DNA of 57,974 nt from Patescibacteria group bacterium (GTDB lineage: Bacteria > Patescibacteriota > Minisyncoccia > Phycocordibacterales > UBA12079): assembly GCA_043800905.1 (NCBI GenBank), contig JAZDMO010000003.1:1-57974 (forward strand), in the 5' to 3' direction. Positions within the stretch are counted from its first letter, which is position 1; each line of letters starts with the position of its first letter. Shown one piece after another: positions 16,216 through 25,568 of the stretch. Under the pieces are notes generated by a model. The model did not search any database. It was not told where the DNA came from and saw only the letters and a program-made list of their open reading frames with translations. The position numbers and the translations under genes are program-made.

Positions 16216-19200
16216 ATGAAAATTTTTAAAATTTTAAATAAAAATAAAAAAAAATGGTGGGCTGTTTTCTTAGTATTTTTTTTAATTGCAAATTGTGCCC
16301 AAGCAAGTTTTACTAATTTATCAGGAAATTCTTTAAATAAAGGTTTGGTGGGTTCTTGGCCTTTAGATCGACAATCTACGGGAACAAATAATTATTTTGG
16401 TTATGCCGATTTTAACAGTTCTACGGATGAAATTACTTTACCAGCTATGAGTCTTGTTAATGGAAGTTATAATTTTAGTTTGTCTTATTGGTTAAAAGCT
16501 GAAAATATTCCGACTGTTGATGATTGGACTTATGCTGATTCACCAATTAGTTTTGGCGGTGATGGTACTGGTTTTATGACTTTTGCTGATGGAGGGTCAA
16601 ATCCAAACCGATTGTCTTTTCGGGCGAATTTTGCTTCGGTTGGTTGGACTTCTCCAGTAGAATCAGGTCAGTTGAGTAATAATGTTTGGTATCATATTGT
16701 TGTTACGTTTAATACCAGTAGTGGTTGGAAAATGTATCAAGATGGTGTTTTAGTTGATTCAAATACTATGTTGAATACTTTTTCTGGAGCTACTGTTAAT
16801 AATAAAATTGGGAAGTCGGATGGTGGAACAGACAGAAGTTTCGATGGAAAAATCACAGATGTTAGATTGTATAATACAACTTTATCAGCCGCTGATGTTT
16901 TGACTCTTTCTTATGTAAGTAATATTGCAGCTTCTGTGGTTCAAAGCAATTTATTTGCTTGGTGGAAACTTAATTATGATAGTGATGATTATTCTGGAAA
17001 TAGTAGAAATGGTACTAATACAGGAGTAACAATAACAATTCCTATGACAGATGGTTATTCCTATGACAAGACTCCTTATTCAAATGATATAACTATCAGT
17101 AGTGGTGGTGCAACCGATCGTTTTGGAAAAAGTTATGGATCTACGGATTTTAATGGAACCAGTAATTATTTAGAAGTTCCTAGTAGTTCCTCTATAGATA
17201 TTAGAAGAACCATTTCTTTTTCCTTTTGGTTTTATGTGGATACTCTCCCGAGTGCGTGGTCAGCTCTCTTTTCAAAAATGGATAGTAGCGGAAGTGTTGG
17301 GTCAAGAACCTACGCTGTGTTTTTGAATACAAATGGTTATTTGCATTTAACTTCGGCTGATGCTACCGGACAAGAAACTGCTGATACTGTTGCTGGTTCA
17401 ATTCAAACAGGTCGATGGTATCACTATATGGCGGTCATTGATAGAAATAGTGGAACTCTGAAATCATATTTAAACGGTGTTCAAGCAGCTTCAGGAACGG
17501 TAAGAACTACAGATACTGTTTCAAACAGTGAGCCTTTAAATATTGGATCACACAGGGGTAGTACTTATAATTATTTTGACGGAAGAATGGAAGATGTTCT
17601 TCTTTATGACAGAGCTTTAACAGCGAACGATGTTCTTTCACTTTATGATTCTTATAATCAAAAAGTTTCTGCTGGAAATTTGAATAAAGGTTTAGCTGGC
17701 CATTGGCCTTTAGATAGTGAAAGTAACAAGGGGAGTTATGGTTATGATATTTCGACTGCGGTTTATAATTCCAATTTTAGCATAGCATCTCAAGATACCA
17801 GTCCTCGTGAGATTAATTTTAATACAGACGGTACAAGAATGTTTATGTTGGGATTCACAGGAGTAGATGTTAACGAATACCACTGTACAACCGGTTTTGA
17901 TGTTAGCACTTGTACTTATGATTCTGTTTTTAGCGTGTCTACACAGGAAATTTATCCTCAAGGTCTCGCCTTTAATCCAGATGGTACCAAGATGTTTGTT
18001 ATTGGTTATTCTGGCGATGATGTTAACGAATACCATTGTACAGTAGGTTTTGATGTTAGTACTTGTTCTTATAATTCTGTTTATAGTGTATCTAGTTATG
18101 AGACTAATCCTTCTGGAATTGATTTTAATACAGATGGTACTAAGATGTTTATTGTTGGTTATGATGGGGATGCTGTCGATGAGTATCATTGTTCCACAGG
18201 ATTTTTAGTTAGTACCTGTGCTTATGATTCTACTTATAGTGTGGCTAGTCAAGAAATCGCTCCATATTCAGTTGTTTTTAATATAGATGGAACAAAAATG
18301 TTCATTGGTGGAAATAATAGCGGTTATGTTCGCGAGTATCATTTGAGTACAGGGTTTGATGTTTCTACCGCTAGTTATGATTCATCGTTAAATGTTTCTA
18401 GTTATGACACGACACCCTTAGGTATAGCTTTTAATACTAATGGTACTAAGATGTTTGTTTCTGGTTTTGCTGGACAAGATATAAATGAATTTGATCTTGA
18501 TACTTCTAGCGTGATTATGGCTGATAAAACTCCCAACTCAAACGATGGAATTACTTTTGATGGTCCAACCTTAATCATTGATCGTTTTGGAAAAACAGAT
18601 GGAGCGATGAGTTTTAGCGGGGGGGTTACTTCGGGTGATTATATCTCTCTTGGTTCTAGCCATGTAATTGATTTAACTAGTGCTACTGTATCTTTTTGGG
18701 CGAAAAGAGATGTTTTAGTTACTACTCAAGATGGTACTAATACGGCTGGAGCTCTTAGAATTCTTTATGGGGGAACTAGTTATAAATTTTTGGATCAATG
18801 GGTGAATGATACTTATTTTCAATTTCAAGGAGAAAGGGATGTCAACAGCGAGTATTGGGCAAATATTACTTCTAGTGTCGTAGCAGACACTAATTGGCAT
18901 CATTTTGTTATTACGGCAAATAATAATGTTTTTACTTTGTATATAGATGGTGTTTATCAGGGTGTTGATAATGATTCATCTGCTGGATATACTTCGAATA
19001 CTTGTACAATTTCAGATATTGCTAAAGGGTATACTGTTGCAAATAGTTCTTATGGTTCTTATTTTGATGGAAGTCTGTCCGATATGCGTTTTTATAACAG
19101 ACCGCTTTCTGCAGCTGAAGTTAGCACCTTATATTCTTCCTACAAACCAAAAATTTCCGCTGGAAATTTAAATAAAGGTTTGGTGGGTTTTTGGCCTTTG

Positions 19201-19809
19201 AATAGTCAAAGCCAAAAATCGAGTACAGTTTATGCTGATAAGACCCCTAATTCAAACGATGGTACCGCAACTAATGGTCCAGCTCTTACTACTGGTCCAA
19301 CTGGTAAGGTGAATGATGCTTTGAGTTTTAATGGTTCAAATCAATGTATAAATATTCCTAATTCAACAGCTCTTGATAACCAAACGATTACAATTTCGGC
19401 TTGGGTAAATCCGACAGCTGATGGAAATTATTTTATTTTTGAAAAAGGAAGTGTAAACACGCAATATTCTTTCTTTTTTGAAGGCGCGTATCTTAGATTT
19501 AGAACTATGGGGGCTGCTTCTTATGATTTAGCTATTGCTAAGACGACTGCAGGAATTACAAATGGTGAATGGCATCATGTAGCAGCGACTTTCGATGGAA
19601 CCACAAAAACAATTTATGTTGATGGAGCTTATGCTACATCTATGACTTGGGCAAATACAATATCTACAAATACTTGGGGAAGTATTATTGGTTGTTATGG
19701 AGGAACCACTCCGAGTTATTTTTTAAATGGAAAAATATCAGGAGTTCGTGTCTATAATCGAGCTCTTTCAGCTGAAGAAATAAATTTGCTTTATCAAACA
19801 AAACAATAA
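16216..19809 (+). CDS. Large secreted multi-LamG-domain protein with a central array of 51-aa repeats (putative beta-propeller)
   Basis: ATG at 16216 gives MKIFKILNKNKKKWWAVFLVFFLIANCAQA (signal-like). Several LNKGL.G.WPLD ... FDG...D.R.YNR.LSA.E...LY LamG modules. Confidence 0.85.
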   Translation: MKIFKILNKNKKKWWAVFLVFFLIANCAQASFTNLSGNSLNKGLVGSWPLDRQSTGTNNYFGYADFNSSTDEITLPAMSLVNGSYNFSLSYWLKAENIPTVDDWTYADSPISFGGDGTGFMTFADGGSNPNRLSFRANFASVGWTSPVESGQLSNNVWYHIVVTFNTSSGWKMYQDGVLVDSNTMLNTFSGATVNNKIGKSDGGTDRSFDGKITDVRLYNTTLSAADVLTLSYVSNIAASVVQSNLFAWWKLNYDSDDYSGNSRNGTNTGVTITIPMTDGYSYDKTPYSNDITISSGGATDRFGKSYGSTDFNGTSNYLEVPSSSSIDIRRTISFSFWFYVDTLPSAWSALFSKMDSSGSVGSRTYAVFLNTNGYLHLTSADATGQETADTVAGSIQTGRWYHYMAVIDRNSGTLKSYLNGVQAASGTVRTTDTVSNSEPLNIGSHRGSTYNYFDGRMEDVLLYDRALTANDVLSLYDSYNQKVSAGNLNKGLAGHWPLDSESNKGSYGYDISTAVYNSNFSIASQDTSPREINFNTDGTRMFMLGFTGVDVNEYHCTTGFDVSTCTYDSVFSVSTQEIYPQGLAFNPDGTKMFVIGYSGDDVNEYHCTVGFDVSTCSYNSVYSVSSYETNPSGIDFNTDGTKMFIVGYDGDAVDEYHCSTGFLVSTCAYDSTYSVASQEIAPYSVVFNIDGTKMFIGGNNSGYVREYHLSTGFDVSTASYDSSLNVSSYDTTPLGIAFNTNGTKMFVSGFAGQDINEFDLDTSSVIMADKTPNSNDGITFDGPTLIIDRFGKTDGAMSFSGGVTSGDYISLGSSHVIDLTSATVSFWAKRDVLVTTQDGTNTAGALRILYGGTSYKFLDQWVNDTYFQFQGERDVNSEYWANITSSVVADTNWHHFVITANNNVFTLYIDGVYQGVDNDSSAGYTSNTCTISDIAKGYTVANSSYGSYFDGSLSDMRFYNRPLSAAEVSTLYSSYKPKISAGNLNKGLVGFWPLNSQSQKSSTVYADKTPNSNDGTATNGPALTTGPTGKVNDALSFNGSNQCINIPNSTALDNQTITISAWVNPTADGNYFIFEKGSVNTQYSFFFEGAYLRFRTMGAASYDLAIAKTTAGITNGEWHHVAATFDGTTKTIYVDGAYATSMTWANTISTNTWGSIIGCYGGTTPSYFLNGKISGVRVYNRALSAEEINLLYQTKQ
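17818..18510 (+). repeat. Tandem 153-bp (51-aa) coding repeats FN.DGTKMF..G..G..V.EYH...GFDVST..YDS..SVS
   Basis: Unit starts read at 17818, 17971, 18124, 18277 and 18430, a constant 153-nt period. Confidence 0.8.
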
Positions 19810-19853
19810 ATTATTAGGGTTTTAGGTAACTATTTAAATATTTTTTTAAAAAT

Positions 19854-20712
19854 CTGGATTGCCACAGAATTTTTTAAAACAAAAATTCTTCGCAATGACG
19901 GAAAGCGAAGCGTCTCTGCGAGATTAGATTTTTTAATAAAAATCTAATCGTAGCAGTCTAGCGTTTAATTTTTTGGATTACTTTGTGATTTCAAAAGTCT
20001 GGATTCCACCCAAGCCTGCCTGCCGGCAGGCAGGGCGGACAGGTGCCACACAAGGTTTTTTGATTTTTCGTCAAAAATCAAAAAACTGTATAATTATGAC
20101 GGTCGTCATAATTATACAGTTTTTTTTTTTTGCTGGATTGCCATAGAATTTTTTAAAACAAAAAATTCTTCGCAATGACGAAAAACGAAGCGTCTCTGCG
20201 AGATTAGATTTTTTAATAAAAATCTAATCGTGGCAGTCCAGAGATTTTAAATTTAGCACTGGATTGCCACGTCAAAAATTAAGGCTCAAAAGTTTTTTAA
20301 AACTTTTGAGCCTTAATTTTTTCCTCGCAATGACGAATCTTTGGTTCGTTACGGTCCGCTTAGGGCGGACCGTCTTTGCGAGGAACAAAATGTAATGGAG
20401 TGACGAAGCAATCCAGTCTTGCACAATCACGAAGTGGTTTTTATTTCTGGATTGCCACACCGAGCACCAAAAACTTTAATTAAAGTTTTTGGTGCTCGGT
20501 TCGCAATGACGGACAAAACGAACAAAATCTGGGTTGCCACCCCCCTCATCCAGAAAAGTATCGTTGATTGTCATCAACACCAAAGAGAATAAAGGATTTG
20601 TTTAATAATAAAATAGAAAAAGAGTATTATAAATAAAAATTTATTTATAATACTTTTCTGGATGAGGGGTCGCAATGACAAATGAATGTTGGATGAAGGG
20701 GTGGAAATCTAG
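19854..20712. repeat. Repeat array G: about 860 bp of intergenic DNA made almost entirely of modular palindrome units
   Basis: Units: 19854-19900 (+), 19911-19961 (-), degenerate 19998-20050, palindrome 20086-20119, 20133-20180 (+), 20191-20241 (-), 20259-20335 (+), 20371-20416 (-), 20447-20511 (+), 20529-20679 (+, 151 bp). 19854-19961 is nearly duplicated at 20133-20241. Confidence 0.9.
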
Positions 20713-20820
20713 CTTTACAAAACAATAAAACTAATAGTTAGTTATCCACGGTAAAGAATTATTTAACCCTTACTTTATGTTGTATAATAGATTCATATCT
20801 AAGAAATAAATTTAGTATTT

Positions 20821-23055
20821 ATGTTCAATCAAATTGTTGAACTCATAAAAAATAGTGCAATAACCGCGGTTGGATTTGTGGTTGGTATCTTGGGTCATGG
20901 AAATGCCCTTGTTTCTGATTTGCCAATTTCTGGAACTCAAGGAGCCTCGATTGTTGAATCTTTGGAGGTTGATAATAGTATTCCCACAGAAGATTTTGTT
21001 TATCAAGATAATATGACCGAGTTTCAGAATTTAGAAATTCAACAAAATAATGTTGTTGTTCCTATTGCAAATCAAAATCCATCTTTAAATAATGGTTCAG
21101 GAAGTACTTCATATTTACCTAGGGACGAGGAGGCTAAAAGTCCAATTTTCATTAGGCCCGAAGAAAATTATTTACAGGCTACTTCTACGCTTTTAGCAGG
21201 TAATAATAATTTAATTATTCCGACAGGAGTAACCACATCTCTTCTTGGGGCAACTTCAACCGCGGCGACTACTTTATCTGAAATAGAAGAATTACGTCCC
21301 ATTAATCCCATAAAATCGACTAAAACTAAAAAAGAAGTGGATGTGTCTTTGTTGTTGGAAACTGATTTAGATACTTTTGATACTAATTTACAAATTGTTG
21401 ATGTAGTCGAAGATGAAAAATCTTATTATGTAAATTATTCTTTTCAAACTCTTGGTTTGGAAAATTATAAATGGTCTGTAGTTTTAAAAGAAAAACAAAT
21501 AATTATCGGAAGAGACGTTTTGGGTGAAGCTGATTTAGGAGATTATTTATCAAAAGAGTTAGGTGAAGTAGTAGAAAATGAAATTGTTTATTTAAAAGAA
21601 GCTCAAGAAATTCAAGCTATTAAATTTGCTAAAGAAGAGGCGGCTAGAAAAGCCGCTGAAAAGAAAGCTTCATCTTTATATAGTACTTTGGTTGGAAAAA
21701 TTTTGGATAATAAATCTGATGACTTTGAAGATTATGAGCCGGTTGTCAAAAAAGAAGAATTAGATGTTTTGGTTAAAGAAAAAGATACTGAAGATCCATC
21801 TGCTGATACGGAAAGTTCTCAAACAACAAATACAACAGGAACTACAATAAATACGGTTGTAGATAACAAAGCTCCTGTTATTGTTATTAATGGAAATAAT
21901 CCTGCTTTGATTCAATTAAATTCAACCTATTCTGATTTGGGAGCAAAGGTAACTGATAATATTAGTAAGAATTTGAGTGTTCAAATTGGAGGAGACGTGG
22001 TAAATACTGCCGTTGCGGATTCATATTTTGTTGAATATACAGCTACAGATGAGGCCGGTAACACTGCTCAGGCTACGAGAGAAGTTATTGTTTATGATTA
22101 TAATCTTGAGGATTCTGTTGAGGAAACTGTAAATGAAGATTCTAATTCTAATACCGCAACTTCTACAAACGTTACCACCTCTACAGAAGAAGTTGTAGAA
22201 ACTCCAATTGTTGAAGAAATAGCCTCTAGTACTTCTCAAGAAATAATCGTTGAAGATTCGACAGCTACATCTACCGCTACATCAACCGACACTGTTGTTT
22301 CTGAAGAAAACACTCCTGAATTAGAAGCTCCAAGTACTGATATAACCCAATCAACTTCTTTTGATATTTATGAAGTTGTTGACCCTAAAGTGGAAAAGGA
22401 GAAAGAAGAAAAAAATAACAAGTTAAAAAATACGATTGATGCTACGGTTGATACTGTGAATGAATCTATTGATAGTGTGGTAGAAAGCTTAGAACCAGTA
22501 ATTGAAGAAGCGGGGGCGGCTGTGGAAGCTGTAAGTGAAACTGTCGGTGAAGTTGCTGAAGAAATTTCTGCGATGATTGCTTCGATTCATTTCCGTGAAT
22601 TGTTAGGAAATATTTCAGCTTCTTTGGGAGCAAGTGTTGTTAATGCGACACAGGGCATTGGTAGTTTTTTAATAAAGATTGTCCCTGAAAGTGAGATATC
22701 GGTAAATAATTCTATGCCAGCGAATGTGGTTGATGTGGTTAATCCTTTTGTTGAAGAATCGAGCACAGAAAGATTTATTGTTCAAGTTAAAAATAGTGTT
22801 GATAAAGTCCTTAATCCTTTGTATGGCATTATTGGTTCAGCTTCTGATAAGGCTTATGATATGTTTTATTTTATTATGAAAAAAAGTCCTTGGGAAAAAA
22901 CGTCCGTTCAAAGTTATGACAGATTGACTGCTAGCATTGTTCAATCTGAAAATCAAAATCAAGAAGATTCGGGAAAAATAAAAAAAATTGGTGTAGCTCT
23001 GATGCAACTTCCAGAAAATGTTTTTGAATTTTTTAGTAGTCATCGTCCTCAATAA
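20821..23055 (+). CDS. Surface protein with an Ig-like DUF5011-type domain and S/T/E-rich low-complexity regions
   Basis: N-terminal hydrophobic segment. NKAPVIVINGNNPALIQLNSTYSDLGAKVTDN ... YFVEYTATDEAGNTAQATREVIVYD matches the DUF5011 pattern. Confidence 0.65.
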   Translation: MFNQIVELIKNSAITAVGFVVGILGHGNALVSDLPISGTQGASIVESLEVDNSIPTEDFVYQDNMTEFQNLEIQQNNVVVPIANQNPSLNNGSGSTSYLPRDEEAKSPIFIRPEENYLQATSTLLAGNNNLIIPTGVTTSLLGATSTAATTLSEIEELRPINPIKSTKTKKEVDVSLLLETDLDTFDTNLQIVDVVEDEKSYYVNYSFQTLGLENYKWSVVLKEKQIIIGRDVLGEADLGDYLSKELGEVVENEIVYLKEAQEIQAIKFAKEEAARKAAEKKASSLYSTLVGKILDNKSDDFEDYEPVVKKEELDVLVKEKDTEDPSADTESSQTTNTTGTTINTVVDNKAPVIVINGNNPALIQLNSTYSDLGAKVTDNISKNLSVQIGGDVVNTAVADSYFVEYTATDEAGNTAQATREVIVYDYNLEDSVEETVNEDSNSNTATSTNVTTSTEEVVETPIVEEIASSTSQEIIVEDSTATSTATSTDTVVSEENTPELEAPSTDITQSTSFDIYEVVDPKVEKEKEEKNNKLKNTIDATVDTVNESIDSVVESLEPVIEEAGAAVEAVSETVGEVAEEISAMIASIHFRELLGNISASLGASVVNATQGIGSFLIKIVPESEISVNNSMPANVVDVVNPFVEESSTERFIVQVKNSVDKVLNPLYGIIGSASDKAYDMFYFIMKKSPWEKTSVQSYDRLTASIVQSENQNQEDSGKIKKIGVALMQLPENVFEFFSSHRPQ

Positions 23056-23060
23056 AAACT

Positions 23061-24164
23061 ATGAATGAAAATGAAACAAAAAAAATTAGAGTTGCAATAA
23101 ACGGATTTGGAAGAATTGGTCGAGTTTTTTTGAAATTACTTTTGGAAAAAGAAAAATTTCTGACTCAAGATTCTTTGGGTTTAAAAAAAGAAATTGAAAT
23201 TGTTGCGATTAATGATCTTTCAGAAATAGAAAATTTAGCTTATCTATTAAAATATGATACTGCTAACGTTTTAAAAAACACTGATTTAGATTTAGAAATA
23301 ATTAAATCAGAAAAAGAAAAAAAGATTAGAATAGGTAAGATGGAAATTTTGTTTTTGAGTGAACCAGACCCAAACTATTTACCTTGGAAAGATTTAGATA
23401 TTGATGTGGTGTTAGAAGCTACAGGAGTTTTTAATAGCTATCAGAAAGCCAGTGCTCATTTACAAGCTGGGGCTAAAAGAGTTGTTTTAACCGCTCCTGC
23501 TAAGGGTGATAAATCTGGGGTAGCAATTCCTGATTATGGGGTAATAGGGAAGACTATTTTGATGGGGATTAATGAAGACGATTTAAAAACTTGTCAGATA
23601 AGTGCTAACGGTTCCTGTACGACTAATGCTGTTAGTCCTGTATTACAAATTTTAAAACAAAAAATTGGAATAAAAAAAGCAATTTTAAATACAATTCACT
23701 CTTATACTGCTACCCAAAAAATTATTGATTCGCCTGATAAAAAGGATTTTCGCAAGGGAAGAGCTGGAGCACAAAATATTATTCCTACTAGCACTGGGGC
23801 AGCTATCGCAACCACTTTAGCTATAAAAGATTTGGTAGGAAAATTTGATGGCATGGCTGTGCGTGTTCCTGTTATTTTAGGTTCTTTGGTGGACTTAACT
23901 TTTGTTACAGATAGAAATACTACCGAAGAGGAAATTAATCAGATTTTAATTGATGCTTCAAAAGAAAAGAAATGGAAAAATATTTTTGGAGTGACTAATG
24001 AACCAATCGTTTCTTCAGATGTTATTGGTAATAAATTTGCTTCTCTAGTAGATTTATCTTTAACTAAAGTGGTTGATCGTGATTTAGTAAAAGTTTTGAT
24101 ATGGTATGATAATGAAACAGGGTATGCTAATACTTTAATTGAACATATTCTAAAAGCTTTTTAA
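23061..24164 (+). CDS. gap: Glyceraldehyde-3-phosphate dehydrogenase
   Basis: INGFGRIGR NAD-binding motif and the SCTTN active site. Confidence 0.9.
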   Translation: MNENETKKIRVAINGFGRIGRVFLKLLLEKEKFLTQDSLGLKKEIEIVAINDLSEIENLAYLLKYDTANVLKNTDLDLEIIKSEKEKKIRIGKMEILFLSEPDPNYLPWKDLDIDVVLEATGVFNSYQKASAHLQAGAKRVVLTAPAKGDKSGVAIPDYGVIGKTILMGINEDDLKTCQISANGSCTTNAVSPVLQILKQKIGIKKAILNTIHSYTATQKIIDSPDKKDFRKGRAGAQNIIPTSTGAAIATTLAIKDLVGKFDGMAVRVPVILGSLVDLTFVTDRNTTEEEINQILIDASKEKKWKNIFGVTNEPIVSSDVIGNKFASLVDLSLTKVVDRDLVKVLIWYDNETGYANTLIEHILKAF

Positions 24165-24649
24165 TGCAAAATAATATGATTGAACATAAAAAAATTTTAA
24201 TATCTTCAGACCATGCTGGTTTTGAATTGAAAGAGGAATTAATTTCTTATATAAAAGATATTGGTTTAGAGGTTGAAGATTGTGGACCTTTTGAATATAA
24301 GTCAGAGGATGATTATCCTGATTTTATTAAACCAGTTGCGCAAAAAATTTCAGAAAATCCAAGTTTAAAAGCGATTATTATTGGTAAGTCAGGACAAGGA
24401 GAAGCTATGTGCGCAAATCGTTTTAAAAAAGTGCGAGCTATGGTTTATAATTGTTTAAATTTGAATATTATAAAATTATCAAGGGAAGATAATGATTCAA
24501 ATATTCTTTCTTTAGGAGCTGGTTTTATTACTACCGAAGATGCTCAAGAAGCTGTGAGAGTGTGGTTAGAAACACCGTTTTTAGGAGAAGAAAGACATTT
24601 AAGAAGAATCCATAAAATAGATGAAGACATTAAAACTATAGAATATTAA
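24164..24649 (+). CDS. rpiB: Ribose-5-phosphate isomerase B (RpiB/LacA/LacB family)
   Basis: SSDHAGFELK, GKSGQGEAMCANR motifs. TAATG overlap with gap. Confidence 0.85.
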   Translation: MQNNMIEHKKILISSDHAGFELKEELISYIKDIGLEVEDCGPFEYKSEDDYPDFIKPVAQKISENPSLKAIIIGKSGQGEAMCANRFKKVRAMVYNCLNLNIIKLSREDNDSNILSLGAGFITTEDAQEAVRVWLETPFLGEERHLRRIHKIDEDIKTIEY

Positions 24650-24654
24650 AAGAA

Positions 24655-24827
24655 ACGAATTTTGGTTTTGCTAAAATTTGTCTTTGCGAGAAGGGATAAT
24701 TTAGTAACCCGGTTACTGAATAAAAACTAACACGGATGCCTAAAGAGATTTAAATTTATAAACTAAAGTAACCGGGTTACTAAATTATTACTTTCGTGGC
24801 AACCTGCCTGCCGGTAGGCAGGTCCAG
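24655..24827. repeat. Repeat H: long (-) modular unit with a nested GC palindrome, between rpiB and rpe
   Basis: ACGAATTTTGG..CTAAAATTTGT hairpin, TGTCTTTGCGAG, long stem GATAATTTAGTAACCCGGTTACT...AGTAACCGGGTTACTAAATTAT, then CGTGGCAA[CCTGCCTGCCGGTAGGCAGG]TCCAG. Confidence 0.75.
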
Positions 24828-24853
24828 AAATAAGTAGTTCAAAAATTAATATA

Positions 24854-25555
24854 ATGAAAAAGACCGAAATAATTCCTGCGGTTTTACCAAAAACTTTTGA
24901 GGAATTGAGGGAAAAATTAAATAAAATAAAAAAAGCTTATGATGTTTTAGAAATAGAACATCGGGTTGTTCAAATTGATGTTTGTGAAGCTACTTTGAAT
25001 AAAAGTTTTGATCTTTTTAGAAAAGAAATTGAAGAATTGAGAGATAAAACCATTGATTTTGAAATAGAGTTAGATTTTATTACTAAAGATTTTAAAACAA
25101 GTATCGATGAATGGATTGATCTAGGTGTCCAAAGAGTGATAATTCATTATGCAAATTTAAAACCTTGGAATATTTTTCCTTGGATTTTTAAATTTAATAA
25201 ATTTGTTAAAAAAAATTCAGATAAAATTGAAATTGGTTTAGGAATTAATTTGGAAACACCTTTGAATAAAATTTTGCCTTATTTAAAAAAGGTTAAATTT
25301 GTTCAATTTATGGGAATTAAAAATATTGGGCATCAGGGACAAATTTTTGATGTTGTGGTTTTAGAAAAAATAAAGGAATTAAGAAAAATAAATTCAGAAA
25401 TAATCGTTTCTGTAGATGGGGGAATAAATTTAGATAATGCCCAGTCTGTTATTATGGCAGGAGCTAATCGTTTAGTAATTGGTTCAGCAATTTTGAATGA
25501 AAATAGTTCGGTAGAAGAAATCGTGAGAAATATAAAAAGTTTTAATAACTTTTAA
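24854..25555 (+). CDS. rpe: Probable ribulose-phosphate 3-epimerase (divergent)
   Basis: C-terminal VSVDGGINLDNA...AGANRLVIGSAI is typical of RPE. Lies between rpiB and tkt. The N-terminal half is divergent. Confidence 0.55.
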   Translation: MKKTEIIPAVLPKTFEELREKLNKIKKAYDVLEIEHRVVQIDVCEATLNKSFDLFRKEIEELRDKTIDFEIELDFITKDFKTSIDEWIDLGVQRVIIHYANLKPWNIFPWIFKFNKFVKKNSDKIEIGLGINLETPLNKILPYLKKVKFVQFMGIKNIGHQGQIFDVVVLEKIKELRKINSEIIVSVDGGINLDNAQSVIMAGANRLVIGSAILNENSSVEEIVRNIKSFNNF

Positions 25556-25568
25556 TTTAGTTAAAACT

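Noticed and set aside
17710-18189. Antisense ORF of 159 aa inside the LamG/propeller gene. Many other 60-125 aa antisense or off-frame ORFs lie inside the giant gene, rpoB, rpoC, dnaG, rpoD, rseP, lysS and others.
   Set aside because: They overlap strongly supported genes on the other strand or in another frame, and they mirror the periodicity or codon bias of the real gene.
19854-20712. The array of conserved segments alternating with variable segments could be read as a CRISPR array.
   Set aside because: The variable parts are themselves palindromes. Units occur in both orientations with irregular lengths (29-151 bp). The conserved parts are two different termini rather than one direct repeat. 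No cas genes are present in the window.
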